Part shown: piece by piece, positions 1 through 56,826 of the stretch
Layout of the letters: each line of letters begins with the position of its first letter
How positions within the stretch are numbered: the first letter of the stretch is position 1
Assembly: GCA_964016885.1 (NCBI GenBank)
Contig: OZ024766.1
Location: forward strand, 12,648,001-12,712,000
Direction of reading: 5' to 3'
DNA length: 64,000 bases
From: Eledone cirrhosa
Taxonomy: Eukaryota
The notes under the pieces: model-generated
The model's input: only the letters and a program-made list of their open reading frames with translations
Told to the model about the DNA's origin: nothing
The model's database searches: none
Made by a program: the position numbers and the translations under genes

Positions 1-46431
<46,431 letters not shown>

Positions 46432-46652
46432 TGTTCTTTAACTAAGCACAAAAGATGACACTGGTAAAAAACTCTTCTGATAAGACTAAAAAGTTCCTTC
46501 TAGTATATAGTATATATTCTTTTTTTAGTCATGCTACTAGCACTAGAGCAATTACTTAGTTCCCTATAAGACTAAAATGTCCTCTCTACTTCTCTGTTAT
46601 GTGGCTAAGTAATTATAGGGAGGTTTTAAACTTGGAACACAAAGAACTAGAA

Positions 46653-46715
46653 CAGAGGTCTCAAACATGTAGGCCACATACAGCCTGCAAATTATTATTT
46701 TAGGGCCCAAAGCAC
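46653..46715 (+). mobile_element. Possible degenerate hAT (Charlie-like) terminal fragment
   Basis: cagaggtctcaaac...ggccacatacagcctgc...gggccc resembles recalled CAGGGGTCTCAAAC/ggccacatgcggccc hAT termini. No partner end was found. Confidence 0.3.
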
Positions 46716-47039
46716 AACAATTATCGTGATTAGTTAACGAAAATTTGAAATAATATTTGTCTCCCTACATTTTGTACTAATTCACATATTGCACTAACTC
46801 TCATATGTGTATTCATTTTGATGAAAAAAAACAAAAAAAACATCAACCTATCGGTTGTATTGAGGATTAGCATTAGAACTGGTAGAAATTACCCCGTCCC
46901 CCATCTCACCTTTGGCCTGCTTTGCCTGTTCCCCCGGATATGTCACTATTGAGACCCCTGAACTAGAACAAATACCACAAGGTAACTCATCTGAAACTCT
47001 AACATATCTATCAATTAACCACTCTGGACTAGTACTACT

Positions 47040-47140
47040 AAATTTTATGGACTTTGAAAACATAAAAAGCAAAGTTGACCTCAGTGGGATTAGAACCCAG
47101 TGTTGAGAGCCAGAACAAATATTGTAAGGCATTTTTTGTG
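47040..47140 (-). mobile_element. Degenerate SINE fragment of the family seen at 55.2-57.0 kb
   Basis: aaaagcaaagttgacctcagtgggattagaacccag aligns by eye to aaaggcaaagtcaacctcggcgggatttgaactcag at ~56,910-56,944. Confidence 0.6.
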
Positions 47141-47639
47141 TATTGTTGAGAATATTAAACATTTCATTGTTGTATATTCTTTTCTATCAGCAATTCATCT
47201 TTCTTAACCAATTTCAGGCAGCAAAAATCTATTTTCGGACTTACCTATTAATTTATTACTAGCAAAATACTTTGGATCTATTTTTATCTCTCCATTAATT
47301 CTGTGTTCTAAATCTGTTTCTTTGAAGGAAAAAAATAATAGGACATTATTATTTTTTGGCTCTTTTAAGTTTGGCAAGATTACATACATGTTTCCTAACA
47401 TCTCTGATTGGTTTATTAGCATATCTGTAGTTCTCCCACTCCAGCTCTGCGTAAGCTGTTGGATATGTAATTTGTAAAATTTTTTGCTTTTGTTCTAAGA
47501 AATGAAAAGTCATCAGCACACCCATGCTTCTTATTAAGCTCTTAGCAATGCCTGAAACAAGTTTCTTTGCCTGAGGGCGGTCTGGAATGATACATTAAAC
47601 ATTGAATAATTTTGAGAAATGACTATCCAAATGCACTGG

Positions 47640-47790
47640 AACTTGGGAAAGTGTCTTCTACTGTAGCCTTGGATCAACAAATGTCTTGTGAGTGAATTTG
47701 GCAGAGGGAAACTGTAAAATGAGCCCACCATGTGTGTGTGTCCGTATGTACATGCATTTATCTATATATATTTGTGTGTGTGTGTGTGTA
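47640..47790 (+). mobile_element. SINE body fragment followed by (TG)n/(TA)n microsatellite
   Basis: cttgggaaagtgtcttctactgtagccttggatcaacaaatgtcttgtgagtgaatttggcagagggaaactg...gagccc followed by tgtgtg, resembling an abundant Octopus SINE body (recalled, not searched). Confidence 0.6.
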
Positions 47791-47796
47791 TATATA

Positions 47797-48110
47797 TTAG
47801 GTTGGACAGAAAGTTCTTGCTGTTCTTCAAATTTATATTGACTTAGGTGTTTTTTAACATTAGGAACATTTTACAAGTTAAAATAATCGCCATCATTTCT
47901 GATCAACATCTGCCATCGTTTAGGAAGGCACGTGATTCCATCCCTGTAGAATTCTTCTGGCTTTGATGCAAAGAATGTCAGCCACTAATACAACTGCTGT
48001 TTATCAGTGAAGGCCTTTGATTACATTGAGAGAAAAAGGTGATAGTCTGTAGGAGCAAGGTTGGGCAATTACGGCAAGTGAGACAGAATCCCCTAACCTA
48101 GCTCCAACAA
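47797..48110 (-). mobile_element. Mariner transposon 3' fragment (pseudogenised transposase C-terminus plus TIR)
   Basis: The minus strand gives LLELG*GILSHLP*LPNLAPTDYHLFLS (degenerate LPHPPYSPDLAPSDYHLF motif) and FFASKPEEFYRDGITCLPKRWQMLIRNDGDYF. The end ttaggttggacagaaagttc abuts TA. Confidence 0.88.
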
Positions 48111-48384
48111 ACTGTCTGAAACTGCCCTTGATTCTACAATACTTAAGTTATTTATTGTAAAGTGTCTATATTTATCTAAAATCTTTCATAATTTTATATA
48201 AGAACCTTATATGTTCCAAACACCAGCTAAATAATGAGAAAATTAGTTATATCACTAAATCCCTCCAAATTTTTAATTATTTGAAACACATAAGCAGTGT
48301 CTTCCATTAGTAATATGTTAATGAAAGAGTTGAAAGCTTTATTTATATCAAAAGCCGATAATTAGTATGCATACTTAAAAATAA

Positions 48385-50344
48385 CACTGTGTAACATATT
48401 TTTTGTTCCCCGGTTCTAAGTCATTTCATGGTTTGTTATATCCCATTACTATAAAAAAAACACTATTATTTAATCAGAAGTTTGGGTTTGTGGTCAGGAG
48501 TTTGATATTTCAAAATTTTCATATTTTTCAAGAAAAAACACATTTTTAAAAATTTATCAGTTCATATAATTAAATCAACAGAGTATATATTTATTTTATT
48601 ACACAAGTTTATCAAAAGCAAACAAGTAAAAATAAATAACACTTATAAAGCAACTTATACACATCAGAAATGACTGGATTTCCTATATTTACAGTTGTAG
48701 TCCAGGTCGCATTCCCGCACTAGCCCCCAGATATAGTCCCCCATCATTTTTTCAGTGTAGTGGCCCTGGTACCTCCGCTCTATCTCTTTCACATCTTGGT
48801 GGAATCGTTCGCCTTGTTCTTCTGATTAGGTGCCCGTATTGTCCTTGAATTTTTCCAGGTGAGCATCCAACATACGGAGTTTAAGCGACATCCTGCATCC
48901 CATGGCGCCAAAAGCCTTTATCAGATCCTGCACCAGTTGCTGGTAGTTTTCAGCTCTGTAGTTGCTCAGGAAGCCCTTAACAACTGCCTATTGAGCTTAT
49001 TGGAGAACTCGGTAGACTCAAACACCTTCTTTATCTGAGGTCCAACAAAAATTCCACCTTTGATTTTGGCCTCAGATAACTTGGGGAAGAACTCAAGAAG
49101 GTACTTAAAAGCGGCTGATTCTTGGTTGATAGCCTTCACAAACTGCTTCATCAACCCCAACTTAATGTGCAGTGGCAGCATGAGCACAATCCTGGGATCA
49201 ACCAGTGGCTCCCACATGATGTTCCGGGTCCCAACTACAAATTCTGTTCGCTGCTCCCAGTTCTTTCTTTTGTAGTGGTCAGAGGTGGCTCTGCTGTCCC
49301 AAAGGCAGAGGAAGCATTGGAATTTGATAAAGCCTCCTTGGAGTCCAAGCAGGAAAGCCACCATCTTGAAGTCTCCAGTGATTTCCCAATTGTACTGGTT
49401 GTATTGCAGAGCTTCCAAGAGGACTTTCACACTGTAGTAATCTTCCTTCAGGCAGACTGAATGAGCTAGGGGCAGTGTCGGGAACTTGTTTCCATTGTGG
49501 AGGAGGACAGACTTCAAACTTGTGGTGGAGCTGTCTATAAATAGCCGCCACTCCTTGGGCACAAACGGCACCCCAATAACGTCAAACAGTCCAGGCACGT
49601 CATGGCAGAAGCAGAGGCCATCCCTAAGAGTGTAAAAGCCTGAGAAAGGTTTGTGTTGACTTCTCTGACTTGTCACCTGCACTTCCTCCTTGACCAAGTT
49701 CCACTGCTTCATCCTGGGGACGAATAGCTCTGCATTGGACTTGGTCAGACCCATATCCCTTACCAAGTCATTGACTTCTTTTTGGTTTGGGAAGTGAGAA
49801 ACTTTTTCTGGTACCTCAGGCAGGTAATCCAAGTCCTCAGCATCCATCTCCTCGTCTTCATCAGAATACTTGTCTTGGAAAATAAATTTGATATGCAATA
49901 CAAAATAAATATTAGAAAGGGAAATACATATTTAAATAATATAAAAGAACACTAATCATACTAATGAAAATTTGTGCTTAAAACACAACTTACCCTTTAT
50001 TCAGGGTGTGAAAATCCAGTATCAATAAATCTCTTTAATCCACTTTTGAACAATTTTATACTTTATTTCACTTTTATAATTTTCTTTAGGTATTACTCTT
50101 TATTTTATAATTTTAATTTAACCTGAAACATATATAAAAAAATCATTTAACAGAAGCAAATTAAACTTACATACAACGTAAAATCCAGCATACAAATAAT
50201 TCTAGTGAATAGCTTAGAATTTTTACAAACCCAAACTTTTAACTGTTTAATAGCACTTTTTTATTTATTTGGGACCTAAGCAACACAAAAAAAGTGATTT
50301 ACAAGCCAGGAACAGAGAAAAAAAAATGTTTTTGTTACACGGTG
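48385..50344 (-). mobile_element. Chapaev3-like (CMC group) DNA transposon, 1,960 bp, both ends present, defective
   Basis: Left end cactgtgtaaca, right end tgttacacggtg, flanked by TAA at 48,382-48,384 and 50,345-50,347. Subterminal inverted match aagtttgggtttgt (48,478-48,491) / acaaacccaaactt (50,225-50,238). Encloses a transposase. Confidence 0.85.
48664..49873 (-). pseudogene. Chapaev3-type DDE transposase pseudogene
   Basis: ORF 48,966-49,898 carries NDLVRDMGL, WRLFIDSS..SLK.VLLHNGN, GDFKMV, CFLCLWDSRA, PLHIKLGLMKQFVKA and GIFVGPQI. After a frameshift near 48,988 the reading continues AVVKGFLSNYRAENY...MGCRMSLKL...DNTGT*SEEQGERFHQD...RYQG...MMGDYIWGL to a stop at 48,664, with an internal TAA at 48,826-48,828. 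Confidence 0.88.
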
Positions 50345-50564
50345 TAATGTGTCATATATTAATTAATAGTTCAGAGGAATGACATATTCATTTTGAAATG
50401 AAGCAACGTATATTAATCTAATTTTCCTCATTATAGATATGACTCAGATTAATTAATATTAGCTTCATATTTATAAATAAGGTAGCTAGCTAGCTTAACA
50501 CATATATATATGTTACTCAATATTTATAAATAAGGTGGCTAGGAGAGCATTTGTCATTGGTGTC

Positions 50565-50900
50565 ATAATCATTTCATTTTACGTCCCCTTTTCCCCTGCT
50601 TGCAAGGGTGGGACGGGAACTGATTCTGGCTTGGTTTCTACAGCTGGATGCCCTTCCTAACACCAACCTCATTTACAGTGAGTGCTGGGTGCTTTTTTGC
50701 CGTGGCACCTCCACGACCACTTTACAGTGGAATGATAGGGACCCCAGTCCCTATCATCTCATTTCTACAGCTGAGTAAACTGGAGCAATGTGAAATAAAG
50801 TGTTTTGCTCAAGGAAATAACACATCACCCGGTTTGAGAATTGAACTCACAACCTTTTGATTGCAAGGCCAATGCTCTAACCACTAAGCCATGTGCCTCC
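50565..50900 (-). mobile_element. tRNA-derived SINE with RTE-like (GAT)-type tail, possibly composite
   Basis: The minus strand starts ggaggcacatggcttagtggttagagc (A box), then gagttcaattc (B box), ccttgagcaaaacacttt, then gttggtgttaggaagggcatccagctgtagaaac and a ggacgtaaaatga tail shared with 54.4-55.2 kb. Confidence 0.75.
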
Positions 50901-51128
50901 ATGGTGTATATTACTCAATATTTTGAGTGAAGTTAATAACACTCTTTAGAGTAAATAATCAGTTAGCAGTGTGTAAAGTGTAATTTGAAAATAGATTGTA
51001 GTAACTGAATTAATAGGGTTTAAACTTTTGTGTGAAAGCAGTATAAGATATTAGAGTGGTGGCGGTGTGGGTCTAGGAATCTCAGTGCTTTTTTGTTATT
51101 TCATGGAAGTAAATGAGATTGCACTTAC

Positions 51129-51305
51129 ATGATACATTGGCAATGTTTGTGATGATATATAGGAAATAAACCACTAAAATGATCACATTGGCAATGTTTG
51201 TGATGATATATAGGAAATAAACCACTAAAATGATCACATTGGCAATGTTTGGGATGATATATAGGAAATAAACCACTAAAATGATCACATTGGCAATGTT
51301 TGTGA
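51129..51305. repeat. 51-bp minisatellite, left part (~3.5 copies)
   Basis: Unit gatcacattggcaatgtttgtgatgatatataggaaataaaccactaaaat. Confidence 0.93.
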
Positions 51306-52312
51306 CCAGATAGAAAAATGCGTACAGCAAAAAAAAGTAATATTGTTGGAATATAAACCTTTAAAAATACAGCACAAGAAACTAAAATAAAACTTTAAAA
51401 GAATAGGACAAGAAACTAAGATAAAACTTTAAAGTATTGGACAAGAAATAAAAAATGTTACAATAATATTAGTGGCAAAATTTTTATCGGTAAAAAATCG
51501 AGTTCCACATTCATAGGCTCTGGGTTCCACATTCAGAGGTCGTCGTCAGACCGGGGGGATCATTTGATCCTGGTTTGAACACCAATTGGGCCATAACCAT
51601 ACCCCTATTTCATCATTCGGCGACACGCCTCATGTGTCATGCATAATGTGAATGGACCCTTGGGCCCATGAGCACAGATCTTGAGCAGCAGCGGACGGTC
51701 TTGTCGTCCCGCTCATCCTTGATCTTGACCAACCCGTCCATCTTCTCCTTGCATCTTGTCCTTGAGCTCAAGTCCGGCAGTCCAGATGAATGCGTGCCAC
51801 AGCTTTCTGGTACAGGAAGGGGGAGCAGGAGGACGGGAGGGAGGACCGGTGGTTGAGGGAGGTGCCGTAGTCGGTGGTCAGAGTCGACATCTTGTCCCGG
51901 TCGTCTTCTCCATCTTCGTCTGGTGTTGCGGGACCAGAAGTGCATTCTTGGAGGAGACCTGCAGCTGCATCGGCCAATTCTTCTTGCACTGGTCATTCTG
52001 ACGGAGCAGAACTGCTCAGCCAACCAACCCCAACCAGAACCAACTGCTCAGGGGCAACGCACAATGAGAGCATGACAATTATTATGCACTAATCAAGAAG
52101 ATACTGGGGCATAGCACAGGAAACGAATAAAAAAATTTTGCCACTAATATTATTGTAAAATTTTTTATTTCTTGTCCAATTCTTTAAAGTTTTATCTTAG
52201 TTTCTTGTCCTATTCTTTTAAAGTTTTATTTTAGTTTCTTGTCCTGTATTTTTAAAGGTTTATATTCCAACAATATTACTTTTTGTTGCTGTACGCATTT
52301 TTCTATCTGGTC
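51304..52312. mobile_element. Foldback/MULE-like element with 182-bp inverted repeats around a GC-rich ~645-bp core
   Basis: 51,304-51,485 is the reverse complement of 52,131-52,312 with about 4 mismatches. The arms contain a ~32-bp subrepeat (caagaaactaaaataaaactttaaaa) three times. No TSD is seen. Confidence 0.75.
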
Positions 52313-52797
52313 TACTATTTTTTAAGGCAATGCAAGCAACAACTATCTAATAATTAAAAGATCATAGTGAATTACTGACAAGTGATTGACATTTTAAAGT
52401 TCTTTTGAGTATAATTGCAATCTAGTTGAGGCAACTGGCTTAATGACAAAGCTAGTAAATCATGAATGCATTTGAGATGATTAGTGCATAATAGTGAATT
52501 GGTGAAACTTGTGCATTTCAATGGTGTTACGGATAAAAACTGATACTGCTGTCTACGACCTTTATATAGGATTGTCATGTTTCTCTGTATCTGCAATGTG
52601 GGTATACAAAATAAGAATTATGATATTAACTTTTATTTAAAATCTCCCAAAAATGCTGTGCATGAAAACTTCAAAAAGTAATTCTATTTCTATTGATGAC
52701 CTCTTAGTTGCTCATACTAATTTTGTAAAAGATTTCAGGCCAATAATCAGAATGATCTGGTATAATTTTTATGCAGATAAATGACTAATTAGTATAA

Positions 52798-52863
52798 AGG
52801 GCCATCCAGATATCATGTGGACACCGCGAACCCAAAATGGTCACATGATATCTGGATGGCTCC
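52798..52863. mobile_element. 66-bp hairpin MITE, PIF/Harbinger-like, TAA TSD
   Basis: Perfect 19-bp inverted repeat gccatccagatatcatgtg (52,801-52,819) / cacatgatatctggatggc (52,842-52,860) with a 22-nt spacer. TAA lies at 52,795-52,797 and 52,864-52,866. Confidence 0.65.
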
Positions 52864-53244
52864 TAAGCATCCCCTCCACATGGCGGGGACATGGGTCATC
52901 ATCGTGGAGCACTCCCCTATTTTTAAAATATTAGACTATGATAAATGAATTTAGTTAAAAATACAATTTGAAATATATTAGATTACCTCCCCTTGTAATT
53001 ACCTCGGAATTACCTCCCCTAGCGTCACACTTACTACTCACTCACTTGAACACAAGATTTATCAGCAAACTTTGATTATAAACTTTTTCCCGCTGGACCA
53101 AATTTCTAGATTTTTAAGCCAAAAGATGCGTAATGATCTATTGTTCATGCTCATATAAGTTTTATCTCAGTTAAATAAAGTAGAGCCGCGCTGTACTGTC
53201 GTAAACAGACGATTGCCAACGAAAACACGACCACAACAATATTA

Positions 53245-53268
53245 CTAAACGGACTACCGTCCGTTTAG
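53245..53268. other. Perfect 10-bp stem hairpin at an insertion junction
   Basis: ctaaacggac-tacc-gtccgtttag lies immediately before the 51-bp minisatellite resumes. Confidence 0.8.
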
Positions 53269-53562
53269 GATGATATATAGGAAATAAACCACTAAAATGA
53301 TACATTGGCAATGTTTGTGAAGATATATAGGAAATAAACCACTAAAATGATCACATTGGCAATGTTTGTGAAGATATATAGGAAATAAACCACTAAAATG
53401 ATCACATTGGCAATGTTTGTGAAGATATATAGGAAATAAACCACTAAAATGATCACATTGGCAATGTTTGTGAAGATATATAGGAAATAAACCACTAAAA
53501 TGATCACATTGGCAATGTTTGTGAAGATATATAGGAAATAAACCACTAAAATGATCACATTG
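53269..53562. repeat. 51-bp minisatellite, right part (~5.7 copies)
   Basis: Same unit as 51,129-51,305, mostly carrying the gtgaagatat variant. Confidence 0.93.
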
Positions 53563-53639
53563 AAAATATATTTAATTAGAATAAAGTTATGTTATTAGCA
53601 GTATAATTGCATCTAAAGTGCAATAAGTAGCAGCAAGTG

Positions 53640-54267
53640 CACACAGAATACTAGCTCATTCCATTGCACAGATGGTTCTATAGAAATAGTGGACAGCTTC
53701 CGTTACCTGGGTGACAAAATCAGCAGTGGGGGAGGGTGTTCTGAAAGTACAGTAGCTAGAGTCAGAACGGGATGGAAAAAGTTCAGAGAGCTTATACCAC
53801 TATTGGCCGCTAAAGGGTTCTCTCTAAAAATGAAAGGCAGGCTGTATGATGCCTGCATACGAACAGCAATGTTACATGGCAGTGAGACCTGGGCATTGTG
53901 TGCAGTGGATATACGCAGACTGGAGAGAAACGAAGCGTGCATGCTCCGCTGGATGTGCAATAGTAATATACGTGAATGTCAAAGCATAAACAAACTAAGG
54001 GAGAAATTAGAAATAAGAGGGATCAGATGTTGTTTACTTGAGAGAAGACTACGTTGGTATGGTCACGTGATGCGCATGAAAGATGACAGCTGTATAAAAA
54101 AGTGCAGGGCAATAAAAATAGACGGTAGCCACGGAGTAGGCAGACCCAGAAAAACCTGGGATGACTTGATAAATTCCGACCTCACACACTTACACCTCTC
54201 CAAGACAATGTCACTGGACCGCGATCTTTGGCGCTACACAGGTAAGGCGGGTCTTCTCTATTACTAA
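53640..54267 (+). mobile_element. RTE-clade LINE, 5'-truncated, C-terminal part of the reverse transcriptase ORF
   Basis: EIVDSFRYLG...ARVRTGWKKFREL...LYDACIRTAMLHGSETWAL...RLERNE..MLRWMC...RRLRWYGHVMRM...GRPRKTW are hallmark RTE C-terminal motifs. Start coordinate approximate. Confidence 0.9.
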
Positions 54268-54435
54268 GTGCAAAGTGAAACCTACTACAGTCAGTAGGCA
54301 CCTCTAACAAAATACACCCCCGTTCCACTACCCCCACTCCATCCACACCACCCATTTCAATGTAAAGTTATGTTGGTACCACAACATCCAGCCCGAAACA
54401 AATGAGGTCGTGTAGGTGTCAAAACAAAAAACACA

Positions 54436-54996
54436 CAGTCCACGCTGTAATGTGGCCGTGTAGGTAACAGGGTAAAAACATCCCAGTCCACACTGTAAAT
54501 GTGGTTGGTGTTAGGAAGGGCATCCAGCCGTAGAAAACCCGCCAGATAGTCCACGCTGTAATGTGGCCGTGTAGGTAACACGGTAAAAACCTCCCAGTCC
54601 ACACTGTAAATGTGGTTGGTGTTAGGAAGGGCATCCAGCTGTAGAAAACCCGCCAGACAGTCCACGCTGTAATGTGGCCATGTAGGTAACACGGTAAAAA
54701 CCTCCCAGTCCACACTGTAAATGTGGTTGGTGTTAGGAAGGGCATCCAGCCGTAGAAAACCCGCCAGACAGTCCACGCTGTAATGTGGCCGTGTAGGCAA
54801 CATGGTAAAAACCTCCCAGTCCACACTGTAAATGTGGTTGGTGTTAGGAAGGGCATCCAGCTGTAGAAAACCCGCCAGACAGTCCACGCTGTAATGTGGC
54901 CGTGTAGGCAACATGGTAAAAACCTCCCAGTCCACAGTGTAAACGTGGTTGGTGTTAGGAAGGGCATCCAGCCATAGAAAACCCGCCAGACAGTCC
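54436..54996 (+). repeat. 111-bp minisatellite (5 copies) built from a SINE 3' segment
   Basis: gtccacgctg recurs at 54,438, 54,549, 54,660, 54,771 and 54,882. The unit contains gttggtgttaggaagggcatccagc(c/t)gtagaaa, also present in the SINE at ~50,635-50,668. Confidence 0.92.
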
Positions 54997-55102
54997 TATG
55001 CGAGCAGGACAACCACTCTTGCCTCAAGTGGGAAAACTCCCGTCCAAACCCATGCAAGCGTGGAAGATGGACGTTAAACGATGATGATGATGATGATGAT
55101 GA
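54997..55102 (+). mobile_element. RTE-type 3' tail ending in (GAT)n
   Basis: cccgtccaaacccatgcaagcgtggaagatggacgttaaac followed by a (GAT)n run. Confidence 0.75.
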
Positions 55103-55146
55103 AAGTGTTCCTAAACAAATGCTGTGTGCTTTTGTTGATTCTTCTA

Positions 55147-55207
55147 TCACCATCATCATCATCATCATCATCATCATTTTACGTCCGCTTTTCCCTGCTT
55201 GCAAGGG
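55147..55207 (-). mobile_element. Second RTE-type 3' tail in opposite orientation
   Basis: (CAT)n ttttacgtccgcttttccctgcttgcaaggg is nearly identical to 50,576-50,608. Confidence 0.75.
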
Positions 55208-55243
55208 AATTCTATATAATTACTATTTACATATAAAGGTAAA

Positions 55244-55436
55244 GGTGGTGAATTGGCAGTATCAGTAAAGGGTCGGACGCCATGCTTTGCAGCAAAGAGT
55301 TACTTCCCTTTATGGACTGAGTTCAAATCCCGCCGAGGTTAACTTTGCCTTTCATCCTTACGGGGTCAATAAATTAAAGTACCAGTAATACACTGGGATA
55401 ATTGCTGGCCTTGTGCCAAAAAGTAGAAACAATTAT
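55244..55436 (+). mobile_element. ~190-bp tRNA-derived SINE, full length
   Basis: ggtggtgaattggcagtatc...ctgagttcaaatcccgccgaggttaactttgcctttcatcc...aaagtaccagt...ggccttgtgccaaaaagtagaaacaattat, with B box gagttcaaatcc. It is the reverse complement of the copies at 56.2-57.0 kb. Confidence 0.82.
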
Positions 55437-55650
55437 AGATTACCATGTGGTATATGTTCCAGTACTGTGTTCTGAGTTCAAATCCTATTGAATATAACTT
55501 TCTTTCATCCATTGAGTGGATTGGAGGTGATAAAGTACCAGTTACGTCCTTGGGTGTATTCTGCCTATCTGTCTCTCAGAATTAGTAGCACTTTGAGAAC
55601 AACATGGGGGACCAGTCATAGTACACTTTCTTCTCATGACAACCACTCAA

Positions 55651-56382
55651 ATAATTGTTTCTACTTTAGGCACAAGGCCAGCAATTACCCCAGTGTATTA
55701 CTGGTACTTTATTTTATCGACCCTGTAATAATTGTTTCTATTTTAGGCACAAGGCCAGCAATTACCCCCAGTGCATTACTGGTACTTTATTTTATCGACC
55801 CTGTAATAATTGTTTCTACTTTTGGCACAAGGCCAGCAATTACCCCAGTGCATTACTGGTACTTTATTTTATCAACCCTGTAATGTTTCTACTTTAGGCA
55901 CAAGGCCAGCAATTACCCCAGTGTATTACTGGTACTTTATTTTATCGACCCTGTAATAATTGTTTCTACTTTAGGCACAAGGCCAGCAATTACCCCAGTG
56001 CATTACTGGTACTTTATTTTATCAACCCTGTAATAATTGTTTCTACTTTAGGCACAAGGCCAGCAATTACCCCCAGTGCATTACTGGTACTTTATTTTAT
56101 CAACCCTGTAATAATTGTTTCTACTTTAGGCACAAGGCCAGCAATTACCCCCAGTGCATTACTGGTACTTTATTTTATCAACCCTGTAATAATTGTTTCT
56201 ACTTTAGGCACAAGGCCAGCAATTACCCCAGTGCATTACTGGTACTTTATTTTATCGACCCCCCGTAAGGATGAAAGGCAAAGTCAACCTTGGCGGGATT
56301 TGAACTCAGATCGTAAAGGGAGGTAACTCTATGGTTCAAAGCATGGCGTCCGACTCTCTACCGATACTGCCAATTCCCCGCC
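55651..56382 (-). mobile_element. SINE copy whose 3' 77 bp is tandemly amplified 8 times
   Basis: Unit ataattgtttctactttaggcacaaggccagcaattaccccagtgtattactggtactttattttatcgaccctgta repeats from 55,651 and runs into the SINE body at ~56,260. Confidence 0.9.
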
Positions 56383-56559
56383 CTTTAATAATATTAATAA
56401 TAATTGTTTCTACTTTTGGTACAAGGCCATCAATTACCCAGTACATTACTGGTACTTTATGTATTGGGTAATGTACTTAATAATATTAATAATAATAATG
56501 TCCGTTTACAATTGTTTCGCTACTCCATATAATATTTCTGGATCAGATGATTATATATC

Positions 56560-56619
56560 ATTATTGATCTGGGTTAGTTGAAAATAATTAATTATTTTCA
56601 ACTGAACCAGATCAATAAT
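56560..56619. repeat. 60-bp spacerless palindrome with 2 mismatches
   Basis: attattgatctgggttagttgaaaataatt | aattattttcaactgaaccagatcaataat. Confidence 0.9.
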
Positions 56620-56805
56620 TGTTTCTACGTTAGGCACAAGGCCAGCAATTATCCCCAGTGTATTACTGGTACTTTATTTTATCGACCCCGTAAGGATGAA
56701 AGGCAAAGTTAACCTCGGCGGGATTTGAACTCAGATTGTAAAGGGACGTAACTCTGCTAGAAAGTATGGCGTCCAACCCTCTGCCGATACTGCCAATCCC
56801 CCACC
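56615..56805 (-). mobile_element. Full-length SINE copy
   Basis: Reverse complement of the 55,244-55,436 family. Confidence 0.85.
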
Positions 56806-56826
56806 ATCAATCTCATATATATATTT

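Noticed and set aside
46848-47731. Short ORFs of 64-104 aa
   Set aside because: No recognisable motifs, and they partly overlap SINE fragments.
49060-49551. Three ORFs overlapping the transposase
   Set aside because: Alternative-frame or antisense shadows of GC-richer coding sequence.
50825-50900. A functional tRNA gene
   Set aside because: A and B boxes are present but run directly into SINE body sequence, and no convincing acceptor stem is seen.
51082-53558. Hydrophobic repeat ORFs (NIANVIILVVYFLYIIT)n
   Set aside because: By-product of a 51-bp (17-codon) AT-rich minisatellite, with no gene structure evident.
54357-55204. 192- and 261-aa repeat ORFs
   Set aside because: They are translations of the 111-bp SINE-derived repeat and the (GAT)/(CAT) microsatellites.
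55651-56260. Relationship between this 77-bp unit and the 77-bp finger satellite
   Set aside because: Same period but no sequence similarity; this unit is a SINE tail.
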